From a virus, in IMG/VR virus record IMGVR_UViG_3300047323_000675: a DNA stretch of 64,000 nt. One strand, given 5' to 3'. The position numbers were made by a program, and so were the translations under genes. Below the pieces are notes generated by a model. The model worked only from the letters and a program-made list of their open reading frames with translations. It was not told the origin of the DNA and made no database searches. Numbering within the stretch: position 1 is the stretch's first letter; each line of letters starts with the position of its first letter. Below are positions 1-8,896 of this stretch, piece by piece.

Positions 1-35
1 ATTATGCAAGAACATTATCCTGAATTGATAAAATA

Positions 36-60
36 AAAAAAGCTCCTATTGGAGCTTTTT
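36..60. terminator. Intrinsic terminator, bidirectional-type
   Basis: AAAAAGCTCC-TATT-GGAGCTTTTT just past the stop of 65..1288(-). Confidence 0.8.
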
Positions 61-64
61 TAAA

Positions 65-1288
65 TTAAACTTTAGGTCTTTTAGGTTTTACCTCGTTTGA
101 ATCTAATGTGTCATTAAGATTATGATACATATAATATTGATGAACAAATTTGGCATCCATATTAGTGCTTAATTCATCTTCACCATGATATGATTCTGAC
201 CAGGTTAATCTAATTTTTTCTGATACTTCTAAAACACCTTTTAAAGCTGTTAACAATATTTTTTCAGCTTTTTCTAAATTTTCATAAGTATCTGTGGAAA
301 AATATAAGATAACATTAGACTGATGTTCTTTGTTTTCAATATTAGTAATTGTTATATCCTCACCTATAAGCTGCATAAATTCAGAACTAGCAACTACTGT
401 TAAACAATGAGTAGCTATATTTGATAAATGCCTTCCATCCTTATGTGTTAAGCCATATTGTTCAATCAATAGAAATAGATTTATGTCTATACATCCTTGA
501 CATAATCGTTTAGTAGAGAAAATCTTTGATTCTAATAAATTTGGATAATACTTAAAATTTTCTTCTAGATGATTTGGAAAATTCTGTTTCATATATGAAT
601 GAATTTTTTTCTGTGAATCATAATTTAAAAATTTACAATAATTAACTAATTTACGAGTTTCTTCATCTTTGATGGTGCAAAAGAAATCTAAAGTATTTAA
701 AAACCATTCATGTGTAATTTTATCATTTGGAGTAACTTCTAATAATTTAAAAAAGTTAGCCACTTCTTCATCAACTGATTGATGGCTAAATCTTTTATAT
801 TCAGCTAATATTTCAATAAATTTGTTATTTATTTTATCTATAATTTTTTCATTTCTATTATTTAAATAATCTAAGTAAATACTAAAAAAATCTCTTATAT
901 GCCAATCGTTGTAATCTTTTGGTTCATAATTTAAATTATCTAATAAAATTTTAGTTATATCTATGTTATCTTTTTTAAGGAGGTCTAATAATTCAACTGA
1001 CAAATAAGATGACGACTGAATATTTGGAGTATCATTATATTGAAAATCACCATGCTCTGATCGATAAAAACTTGCAATATTTTTTAATAATCCACCGATT
1101 TTCTCACCATTTGAAATCATTTTCTCCCACTCTGGAAACTTGTCTTCTCTCTTAAACCATGAGTAGTACCTATGGTGCACATCAAACCTCGCTAATATTT
1201 TTTCTTTCCAGAATTTGCGAGTTTCATCAGAAAATTTTATATTTTTAAGTGGTGTATGTAATTCAATTTTCATATAGTTATTATTCAA
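65..1288 (-). CDS. Hypothetical protein with shared C-terminal tail
   Basis: 407-aa ORF; ends YHNLNDTLDSNEVKPKRPKV; upstream TTGACT-16-TATAAT. Confidence 0.85.
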   Translation of the reverse strand: MNNNYMKIELHTPLKNIKFSDETRKFWKEKILARFDVHHRYYSWFKREDKFPEWEKMISNGEKIGGLLKNIASFYRSEHGDFQYNDTPNIQSSSYLSVELLDLLKKDNIDITKILLDNLNYEPKDYNDWHIRDFFSIYLDYLNNRNEKIIDKINNKFIEILAEYKRFSHQSVDEEVANFFKLLEVTPNDKITHEWFLNTLDFFCTIKDEETRKLVNYCKFLNYDSQKKIHSYMKQNFPNHLEENFKYYPNLLESKIFSTKRLCQGCIDINLFLLIEQYGLTHKDGRHLSNIATHCLTVVASSEFMQLIGEDITITNIENKEHQSNVILYFSTDTYENLEKAEKILLTALKGVLEVSEKIRLTWSESYHGEDELSTNMDAKFVHQYYMYHNLNDTLDSNEVKPKRPKV

Positions 1289-1390
1289 TTTATTACTTAT
1301 AATTATAAAAGAGTGGAAATTTAAGTCAATTAAAACTTCACATTACAATATAATTAAGTATAATATTATTAATAAAGAAAAGGATAAATA

Positions 1391-1954
1391 ATGAAAGTTA
1401 AAGTTATCAAAGACCCTGGATATTATCGTCTTGTTTGTAATGACCAAGCTATCAACGAAAAATATAATCGTTCAGAAGGTAGTCCTATTGAATTAGCTAC
1501 AATGAGTACATGGGAAATGTCTAAGTGTTGGAAGCTAAGAGATATTCGTTTAGAAAATATGTTTTATCCTAGAGGTCATTTAGAAGGAAATAACTTACAA
1601 AAATATACTCCTGTTGATGAAGAAGATGCAAAGAATCTTAAATCACAACTTAGATATTATAAAGAAACCCCTGAAGGTGAAATTAGATGGGGAACTTTTG
1701 TTGGTATCGTAGGTATGGGAGATAGAACTGATCACCCTGATAATCCTAGTTGGATTGCACAATCAGTAGAAGGATGTTGGAGTTTTAATGCTGCAAGAGA
1801 AAAGTTTAAAGAAATCAAAGAGTTTTGGAAGAACTTCCAAGGTGATGATTTGGAAAGCGCAATGATGGAAAATCCAAATAAACAAATAAGTGAATTTGAT
1901 TATAGATTCCAAAAAGGTGAATATAGTAGCACTCCAAAAAAAAATAAAATGTAA
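1391..1954 (+). CDS. Hypothetical protein
   Basis: 187 aa, AGGA SD, ends PKKNKM. Confidence 0.85.
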   Translation: MKVKVIKDPGYYRLVCNDQAINEKYNRSEGSPIELATMSTWEMSKCWKLRDIRLENMFYPRGHLEGNNLQKYTPVDEEDAKNLKSQLRYYKETPEGEIRWGTFVGIVGMGDRTDHPDNPSWIAQSVEGCWSFNAAREKFKEIKEFWKNFQGDDLESAMMENPNKQISEFDYRFQKGEYSSTPKKNKM

Positions 1955-1968
1955 TATTAAGGATAATT

Positions 1969-2499
1969 ATGGTTCAATTTGATTTAAAAAAAACAAATAT
2001 TTTCATTCGTTTTGCTCCTAATTTACAAGAAGAATTAGAAGAGTATATGTTTGTCTATTCTGATATAAATGGTTTAGCTCATTTAGAAAAAAAACTAAAA
2101 GAAGATAATCTATTTTCTGATTTATTAAACCCGCCTGAAATTCTTGAAAAAATGGTAAATAAAATTTCTGCTAAATTTTCTTCTAATGAATTTCCAGGTA
2201 TTGATTCTGGAGCATGGATTGGAAGATTTATAGGTGCATTTCCAAAAAAAGGTCAAAATTTGGATGAGCATCTTATACCTTGGATGATTAAGCTAGAAAA
2301 TTTATTGGGGAAAGAAAATATTTTTAAAGTAGTTATTCCATTAAAAGAGTTTGATGATTATACGAAATCAATTAGAAATAAAGAAAAAGATGAACGCAAC
2401 CAATTAGTATTGCGTTATATTGAAAGCTATAGACTGAAATTAGAACTAGAAAATGATTTAAAAGATAGTAAAAATTATAAAACTAAAATTAAATTATAA
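1969..2499 (+). CDS. Hypothetical protein, paralog of 2530..3069
   Basis: Shares QFDL.K.NIF, YSD.NG, W.G.F..AF, LGKENIF.V.IP, YRL.LEL.NDL with next ORF; AAGGA SD. Confidence 0.85.
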   Translation: MVQFDLKKTNIFIRFAPNLQEELEEYMFVYSDINGLAHLEKKLKEDNLFSDLLNPPEILEKMVNKISAKFSSNEFPGIDSGAWIGRFIGAFPKKGQNLDEHLIPWMIKLENLLGKENIFKVVIPLKEFDDYTKSIRNKEKDERNQLVLRYIESYRLKLELENDLKDSKNYKTKIKL

Positions 2500-2520
2500 A
2501 ACTAAAATTAAATTATAAAA
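2472..2520 (+). repeat. 19-bp tandem repeat, about 2.6 copies
   Basis: AAATTATAAAACTAAAATT at 2472-2490 and 2491-2509, partial copy 2510-2520. Confidence 0.85.
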
Positions 2521-2529
2521 GAAGAATAT

Positions 2530-3069
2530 ATGAAACAATTTGACTTAGATAAACCGAATATTTTCATGAAATTAATGTTTGTTGATGAAGAAACTAATAA
2601 TAAAGAATTAACATTCCTTTATTCCGATTCCAATGGAATGAAACATTTAGAGACAGTATTAGAACAAAATCCTTTATTCTCAAATTTATTGTCTCCAACA
2701 GAAGTGCTAACGAAAATGTCTTATGAAATAGCAGGATTATTTGCTTCTAATCAATTTACAGGAGTTGAATCCTGTGGTTGGATAGGTAAATTTGTAAAAG
2801 CATTTTCTAATGAAGAGCCGTATTTTAATACAGAATTTAATAAATGGAAGAACCAATTAGAGGCATTTCTTGGTAAAGAAAATATTTTTGAGGTTAAAAT
2901 TCCGGCTAATGAATTTGATACATACTACGAATCAATAATTAATTCAGGTATTCATAGACATGAACAAAGTATTCATATTTTTAAATTTGTTGAAACTTAT
3001 AGATTAAATTTAGAATTAAGAAATGATTTGAATATAAACGACAATCCTAATCGTAAGCATAAATTATGA
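2530..3069 (+). CDS. Hypothetical protein, paralog of 1969..2499
   Basis: 179 aa; ends LELRNDLNINDNPNRKHKL. Confidence 0.85.
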   Translation: MKQFDLDKPNIFMKLMFVDEETNNKELTFLYSDSNGMKHLETVLEQNPLFSNLLSPTEVLTKMSYEIAGLFASNQFTGVESCGWIGKFVKAFSNEEPYFNTEFNKWKNQLEAFLGKENIFEVKIPANEFDTYYESIINSGIHRHEQSIHIFKFVETYRLNLELRNDLNINDNPNRKHKL

Positions 3070-3674
3070 AAAAAAATAAATTCTTAAAAATATCTGAATC
3101 CATAAAAATTTACTTTTATGGTATTAAGAATAAATTTAAAGATGATACTCAAAAAGGTAGAGACTTTTATGAATTATCGGTTTGTTTACAAGTAGGTAAT
3201 ATAAAAAAATTTGACGAATTTTTTCTTAAAAGATATAATCCGATTTCATTTATCTCATTAATTGCTCCAGCAATTGGGAATGGTAAATTAGAAACTTTTT
3301 TAGCACTCGAAGAAAAAGCTATTAAAACGAATAAAATTGAACAATTTTATGAAACTGCTCTTGATTTAGTAACGAGTTTAAATAACTTAGATGTATTAAA
3401 ATATTTGATTAACAATAAACTTATTGATAAAGAAAAAATTGATTATGCATATATAATTAATGCTTATGAATCGGATTCAAAAGATGTATTGAACTATCTA
3501 TTATATGAGTTTAGAGTTCCTACAAATAATGATTTAAATATTAGTTTAAAATCAAATCCGATTGGAAAGTCATATCCTGAAATAATTGAATTAATAGAAA
3601 AACGAGATTTAATGTTTCAGTTAAAAAAAGATTTAAATCAAGAAGAAAAGAAACCAAAACCGAAAAAAATTTAA
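3066..3674 (+). CDS. Degenerate ankyrin-like protein, paralog of 7596..8252
   Basis: GNIKKF, NNLDVLKYLI, LIEKRDLMFQL motifs; ATGA overlap; K-rich tail. Confidence 0.7.
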   Translation: MKKNKFLKISESIKIYFYGIKNKFKDDTQKGRDFYELSVCLQVGNIKKFDEFFLKRYNPISFISLIAPAIGNGKLETFLALEEKAIKTNKIEQFYETALDLVTSLNNLDVLKYLINNKLIDKEKIDYAYIINAYESDSKDVLNYLLYEFRVPTNNDLNISLKSNPIGKSYPEIIELIEKRDLMFQLKKDLNQEEKKPKPKKI

Positions 3675-3685
3675 GAAAGAAAAAT

Positions 3686-4513
3686 ATGAAAACAACTTGG
3701 ATTATGCAAACAAATATGGGTGAAAACAGCGATATTCAAGAGTATGTTCAAGCTGTAAGAGATAGTGGAGCAGATGTAATAGAGGTGGAATATAAAGCAT
3801 TTTCTGATGATTATCCGAATATAGATATTGCTGGACCTGTAGTAGTTTATGGTGCAGTTAATTGGGTAAAAAATATTCAAAAAGCAGGCTTATACCCTTT
3901 AGGTATATTTGGAACTCCTGAAACTTTTACTTATAAGTCTTGGGCAGAGCATTATGGCTCAATGTTACTTAATTCTCCTGATAGCACTCAACTTACAACA
4001 ATTGGTGATTTTTGCTCAGATAAAAGAGATCCTAATGAAGATATTTTCGTTAGACCACAACATGACACCAAAACATTAGTTGGTAGAGTTTGGACTACTA
4101 GTGAATTTAAAAAATGGTGTTTAGAAGCAGCTACAGGCAAACATGCTGAAGTAGATGCAAATACACCAATTGTTGTTGCAACTCCATATGGTATTGAAGC
4201 AGAATGGCGTTTATTTGTAGTGGATAACAAAGTAGTAGGTGCCTCCCAATATCATAAAAAAGGAAGATTGTTTAAATCACCTGGTGCTCCTCAAGATATT
4301 TTAGATTTTGCAGAGAAAGTTATTGCTAAATGGATGCCTGCTCCTGCATATACTTTAGATTTATGCCGTTCAGCAGGTAATTGCTATATTGTTGAAGCAC
4401 AAGGCTTTAATAGTGCAGGACAGTATGCTTGTGATGTTAAAAAAGTTGCAGATGCAGTAAATGAAGTTGCAGTTAAATTATGGAAACAGCATACTAAAAA
4501 AGCTAAGCCTTAA
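3686..4513 (+). CDS. ATP-grasp domain protein (DUF4343/R2K-like)
   Basis: FVRP..DTK.L.G, EWRLFVVDNKVVGASQY, YTLDL..S...CYIVEAQGFNSAG motifs. Confidence 0.75.
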   Translation: MKTTWIMQTNMGENSDIQEYVQAVRDSGADVIEVEYKAFSDDYPNIDIAGPVVVYGAVNWVKNIQKAGLYPLGIFGTPETFTYKSWAEHYGSMLLNSPDSTQLTTIGDFCSDKRDPNEDIFVRPQHDTKTLVGRVWTTSEFKKWCLEAATGKHAEVDANTPIVVATPYGIEAEWRLFVVDNKVVGASQYHKKGRLFKSPGAPQDILDFAEKVIAKWMPAPAYTLDLCRSAGNCYIVEAQGFNSAGQYACDVKKVADAVNEVAVKLWKQHTKKAKP

Positions 4514-4516
4514 AAT

Positions 4517-4539
4517 AAAGCCCTTGGCGGGGCTTTTTT
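4517..4539. terminator. Intrinsic terminator between convergent genes
   Basis: AAAGCCC-TTGGCG-GGGCTTTTTT. Confidence 0.8.
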
Positions 4540-4547
4540 ATTTCACA

Positions 4548-4994
4548 TTAATCAACTAACTCCCATTTAATTTCAGGTTCTACATAATTTTGAGTATCAT
4601 ACATCGTTTTTGCTAAGAACATTTTTTCAGGATTTTCTTTAATAATTTTATTGATAATATTTTGATACTTTTTTTGTTCATATAAATTCTCTTCAATATC
4701 TATACAAGCTGCAAATATTAGCCAAAATTTAGCTGCTAAAATTAATGTTAAAGGAAAGAAAAGTAGAATAATTTTAGCATTGTCTTTTATAGATAATAAT
4801 TCGTAATGAAATATTAAAAAACCGAATACAAAAATTAATCCAATACTGAAAAAAAGCTGAAGGATATTTTTTTTGATATTTAATAGGTGAACAGATTGTG
4901 AATCTCCTAACCTATTATTCTCATTATCTTTAAGGTAATAACCTTTTTTATCGTAACACATTTGATAGTCCTTCATTTGAAACAACTTCTCCAT
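4548..4994 (-). CDS. Membrane protein (2 TM)
   Basis: 148 aa with two hydrophobic stretches. Confidence 0.75.
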   Translation of the reverse strand: MEKLFQMKDYQMCYDKKGYYLKDNENNRLGDSQSVHLLNIKKNILQLFFSIGLIFVFGFLIFHYELLSIKDNAKIILLFFPLTLILAAKFWLIFAACIDIEENLYEQKKYQNIINKIIKENPEKMFLAKTMYDTQNYVEPEIKWELVD

Positions 4995-5039
4995 AAAAAG
5001 ACCATCTTATACGATAACCTTATTTTTTCAAGTATGAAA

Positions 5040-5498
5040 TTAATTAATCTTAAAATTTATTTTATTTCTTTTAGATGGATGATTGGCTTTTTCTAATGCA
5101 AGTTCATAAAAATAAGTCATATAATTTACAAAATCTTCTTCAGAAGATTGCATAGTTAAGTTTTTACCATGCTCATCATATTTTAATAAATCTACTAATT
5201 GATTTTTAAATGCTAGAGGATAAACTACTCCAGGAACATTAGCTCTGAAGGTTTCGGTATTGTGATCTTCAAATACATAATAGGTTTTTCCATTAGATTC
5301 AAAAAGAGCTATATCATCACTAAATGGATCGCACAAGACAGCTTCAGCTTCGCTTTTATCATCAAGAACTAAAGAACCATCTTTTTTCACATATGCATGG
5401 AAGTTTTGCATTGAACCTTCCAAGTAAAACAAGCCTTCAATCAAAAAATCATTTTCTGAAATTGCAGCTTTTTTACTGTCCTTATATGCTTTATCCAT
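5040..5498 (-). CDS. Hypothetical protein
   Basis: 152 aa, GGGAG SD. Confidence 0.8.
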   Translation of the reverse strand: MDKAYKDSKKAAISENDFLIEGLFYLEGSMQNFHAYVKKDGSLVLDDKSEAEAVLCDPFSDDIALFESNGKTYYVFEDHNTETFRANVPGVVYPLAFKNQLVDLLKYDEHGKNLTMQSSEEDFVNYMTYFYELALEKANHPSKRNKINFKIN

Positions 5499-5635
5499 AT
5501 TAATCTCCCAATTTAATAGTTATCAAATTATACCAAATTACCATCAAAAATGATAATAATTTACATTTAAATTAAATAAATATTGATTTCTTTAAATCAT
5601 TCCTTAGTCTATATTTAACATTTAAAGGATATGAT

Positions 5636-6214
5636 ATGGATAATTATACACATATAGGATTTATAAATAAAAATTTATCTATTAATGAAGCTATAATTCT
5701 TAATAGAATATCTAGTTATACTAGAACCAATATAGAAAATTATGTTTTAAATGAAATAAAGTTTCAACTTGCAGATTTAGAGTTTGTTTTAGACAATCGT
5801 AATGATGCACTGATGTTTTTTATTAGTAAAAGTGGAGAGATTTATTACCATAAAGTATTGGGAACTATTCAGAAAACTCTTTATAGGGAAGATACAGGAG
5901 CAGTTGTTACATTAAAAGTAATAACACAAAGTACTGCTCCAAATCGTGCAAGCAATAATATTACTAGTCTTGCTCTACCAGCTTATACTTTTGAAATTAT
6001 AGGGAAAAGGATGAGTCATTGGGATTTTATTAACAAAATGCATTTAGATAATCCTGAAGATAAAGTTTCAGCAGAGGATACACATACAAAAGGCATTCCC
6101 CTCCTTCAGCAAGATTATAAATTTAAATTATTTAATATTTTGCCTGATTTAAATATTAATTTTCCTATAACACAAATCAGGTTTAAAAAAGGTAGTTCAC
6201 CATATAAAATTTAA
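5636..6214 (+). CDS. Hypothetical protein
   Basis: 192 aa, AAGGA SD, followed by terminator. Confidence 0.8.
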   Translation: MDNYTHIGFINKNLSINEAIILNRISSYTRTNIENYVLNEIKFQLADLEFVLDNRNDALMFFISKSGEIYYHKVLGTIQKTLYREDTGAVVTLKVITQSTAPNRASNNITSLALPAYTFEIIGKRMSHWDFINKMHLDNPEDKVSAEDTHTKGIPLLQQDYKFKLFNILPDLNINFPITQIRFKKGSSPYKI

Positions 6215-6217
6215 AAG

Positions 6218-6245
6218 AAAGCCTACTTATGTAGGCTTATTTTTA
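6218..6245 (+). terminator. Intrinsic terminator
   Basis: AAGCCTAC-TTAT-GTAGGCTT then T-rich tract. Confidence 0.75.
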
Positions 6246-6258
6246 TTCATAATTAATT

Positions 6259-6288
6259 TTGACAATATTCTATTTTTAAATATATACT
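6259..6288 (+). promoter_or_regulatory. Sigma70-like promoter
   Basis: TTGACA-18-TATACT upstream of 6313. Confidence 0.55.
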
Positions 6289-6312
6289 CATTTAAATTAT
6301 TTTAATAATATT

Positions 6313-6699
6313 ATGAAAAAAGCAAAGCCATTCACATATAAACCAATTACTCCAATCATTCCTCAGTCATCTAAAAATCTGAAATATGATAATGGATTAG
6401 ATATTAAGCCTATTGTTAATCCTGCTCATCAATCAATGTATTTAAAAGAAGAAAATAAATTTCAACAATTTATTTATTTAAGTGATAAAGATATTGAAAA
6501 ATTGGGCAATTTCTATGTAGAAGATTTTTTTGTTGATGTTAAAAAGAAAAGAGGAGAAATTTGGTTATTTATAAATGATATTTATCTTGTCTTAAGTGAT
6601 TTAAATATTAAAATCATTGAGGAATTACAGAAGAAAAAATTAGATTTTTGTTTCTTTAAAGAAGATAAGACTTTTATTACTGCATTCAGATTGGCATAA
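6313..6699 (+). CDS. Hypothetical protein
   Basis: 128-aa ORF between promoter and terminator. Confidence 0.75.
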   Translation: MKKAKPFTYKPITPIIPQSSKNLKYDNGLDIKPIVNPAHQSMYLKEENKFQQFIYLSDKDIEKLGNFYVEDFFVDVKKKRGEIWLFINDIYLVLSDLNIKIIEELQKKKLDFCFFKEDKTFITAFRLA

Positions 6700-6701
6700 A
6701 T

Positions 6702-6722
6702 AAAGCTCCTTTAAAGAGCTTT
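6702..6722. terminator. Intrinsic terminator between convergent genes
   Basis: AAAGCTC-CTTTAAA-GAGCTTT. Confidence 0.65.
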
Positions 6723-6730
6723 ATGAATAT

Positions 6731-7243
6731 TTATTTACCGACTTCATTTAATTTACCTTTTGAATATAAAACTTTGACAATAACTTTTTTATTTGGAAAG
6801 TTTGGTGCATCATTTTCGCCCACTTCTAAAGCATCAAAAGAAATATTCATATCACCATTTTTATTTTCAATAGCTTTAGCTTTAAGTCCCTGCACACCTC
6901 GCCAACCTTTTCCACCAATAGGGATATTATCTACATAGGTATAATAAGGCACATTATTTTCATTAAAGTTTTCTTCAAATATTGCTAAGAATTGAGTATG
7001 ATTATTTCCACCACCAAATCCTTCCATTGTAAACACAGTAAGAACCAGTTTAGATGAACCTTTTCTATTTATGAAATCCACATAAGTAGCAGGAGTATAA
7101 GAGACAGCATAACCATCACTTAATAATTCACCTAATTTTTGCACTTGAATTGTAAGTTCTTTAGGGATTTGTTTTTCTTTAGTTGCTGCATGAGAAAGTA
7201 AACAAATTGAAGATAATAATAGTGATATTACGATTTTTTTCAT
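6731..7243 (-). CDS. Secreted/periplasmic protein
   Basis: Sec signal MKKIVISLLLSSICLLSHA. Confidence 0.8.
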   Translation of the reverse strand: MKKIVISLLLSSICLLSHAATKEKQIPKELTIQVQKLGELLSDGYAVSYTPATYVDFINRKGSSKLVLTVFTMEGFGGGNNHTQFLAIFEENFNENNVPYYTYVDNIPIGGKGWRGVQGLKAKAIENKNGDMNISFDALEVGENDAPNFPNKKVIVKVLYSKGKLNEVGK

Positions 7244-7245
7244 AA

Positions 7246-7530
7246 TTATTCTTGCTCCTTTATTAAATTTTTAGTTGTTTGATATTTTTTAATTCTAATA
7301 ATTACTACTTTTAAAAATAATAAAGGACCTAGTATATATGACATCCATAAGATAATCTCTGTTATTGCTTTAGTATGTGGAGGCCCAAAACAATGACCAT
7401 TAACAACATCTCCAATACCTGCTGCTTTTGCAGAAAAAGATATGAGCAAAAACATGAATATAAATATTTTTTTCATTATAAATCCATAATAATTAATAAT
7501 GGTTATATAGAATAAATTCATTATTATCAA
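7246..7530 (-). CDS. Small membrane protein (true start probably MKKIFIF)
   Basis: Signal-like N-terminus plus one TM helix. Confidence 0.65.
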   Translation of the reverse strand: MIIMNLFYITIINYYGFIMKKIFIFMFLLISFSAKAAGIGDVVNGHCFGPPHTKAITEIILWMSYILGPLLFLKVVIIRIKKYQTTKNLIKEQE

Positions 7531-7595
7531 TAGTAGTCTTATTTGTTAATCGTTTTAATATTGATATAATAGGTATTATATAGAATGTCATTAAT

Positions 7596-8252
7596 ATGAA
7601 AAATAATATTTTTTTAAATATTTCCAATTCAATCAGTTGGATAAAAGATTTGTTCAGAAATAACGATTTTTGGTATAATCAAGATTTTTATACTGAAAAA
7701 GCTGTTAAAGAAGGTAATATAAAAAAATTTGAGCAAATATGTAATGGTAGAAATCCACATACTGATTTTAGTTATTTATCAAGTTATGCAATTTTACAAG
7801 ATAACTTAGAATTATTTTTTAAAATAGAGCAAAAAGCTATTCAAGCTAGAAAAAATAGAGCTAGTAGTAGAAATTTTGAAAAAAAATATAAAACTAAGCA
7901 TTTAAAATATTTATTTTATAACGAAGTTATAGATGCTGCTATTACAAGAGATAACATTGAATTAGTAAAATATTTAATTGAAAATAAAAAAATAGACAAA
8001 AAAGAAGCATTTGATGGACATTCAGTATTGCAAATGGCTAGATATGATGCATATAAAGTTTTGAAATATGTCTTATTTGAGTTAAATATACCGCTTAGTG
8101 ATATATTAATGCAAAAGTTAGAGTATGATGACAATGGAAATAAACATACTAAAACATTAGATTTAATTGAAAAAAGAAATATGTATTTCCAATTAAATAG
8201 TAGTTTAGAAAAGTCTAACCAAATTAATAAAAATAAGTCATTAAAAATATAA
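7596..8252 (+). CDS. Degenerate ankyrin-like protein, paralog of 3066..3674
   Basis: EGNIKKF, DNIELVKYLI, LIEKRNMYFQL; ends KNKSLKI. Confidence 0.7.
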   Translation: MKNNIFLNISNSISWIKDLFRNNDFWYNQDFYTEKAVKEGNIKKFEQICNGRNPHTDFSYLSSYAILQDNLELFFKIEQKAIQARKNRASSRNFEKKYKTKHLKYLFYNEVIDAAITRDNIELVKYLIENKKIDKKEAFDGHSVLQMARYDAYKVLKYVLFELNIPLSDILMQKLEYDDNGNKHTKTLDLIEKRNMYFQLNSSLEKSNQINKNKSLKI

Positions 8253-8275
8253 AAGCCCACAAAAAGGCTTTTTTT
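8251..8275 (+). terminator. Intrinsic terminator
   Basis: AAAAGCC-CACAAAAA-GGCTTTTTTT. Confidence 0.7.
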
Positions 8276-8350
8276 CTTCTTCAACATTTATTATGATAGA
8301 AAGTAGAACAGTAGTTTGAAATAACTATTTTTTCAATATGTCTGAACGAT

Positions 8351-8743
8351 TTGGTGTTTTACTGTCCCATTACTAGTATGGCAAACAACGAAAGGACAGT
8401 TATGAAATTTCCTAATATTAAGGTTGGTGATGTAGTTGGGCTAAAAAGCGATAACCCGAATTCACTTCGTTATTACAAATATGAACGAGCTAAAGTGTTG
8501 GAGATAAATGATGATCAATTTAGATTGGAACGAGGATGGTTTTCAAAAGAATATGGTCGTAAAGGATTTAATATTGTCATTTCTCTTGAGGAACTAGAGG
8601 AAAATAATTCAATTTTTTACAGAGAGCGTACTGCAAATCGCTTATTAGAGAATATAAACAAAAAATTAAGCAATCTTGGAACTTCTCCAACTGATGTAGC
8701 ACTATTAGAGAATATAAATAACATTCTTAGTAGCTATACTTAA
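8351..8743 (+). CDS. Hypothetical protein (start likely ATG 8378 or 8402)
   Basis: ORF track start is TTG; downstream ATGs are in frame. Confidence 0.65.
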   Translation: MVFYCPITSMANNERTVMKFPNIKVGDVVGLKSDNPNSLRYYKYERAKVLEINDDQFRLERGWFSKEYGRKGFNIVISLEELEENNSIFYRERTANRLLENINKKLSNLGTSPTDVALLENINNILSSYT

Positions 8744-8896
8744 GAATTTTATAAAATATTTGTTTGAATGTATGGGAAGCCAATTCAAGAAAGCTCTGAT
8801 ATGAACCGTTTTTCAGAGGATTATTTAAATATTTTTAATGATAGTTATAAATGATATTGAACATTAATTTATTCTTGGTATCATTAATATAAATAC

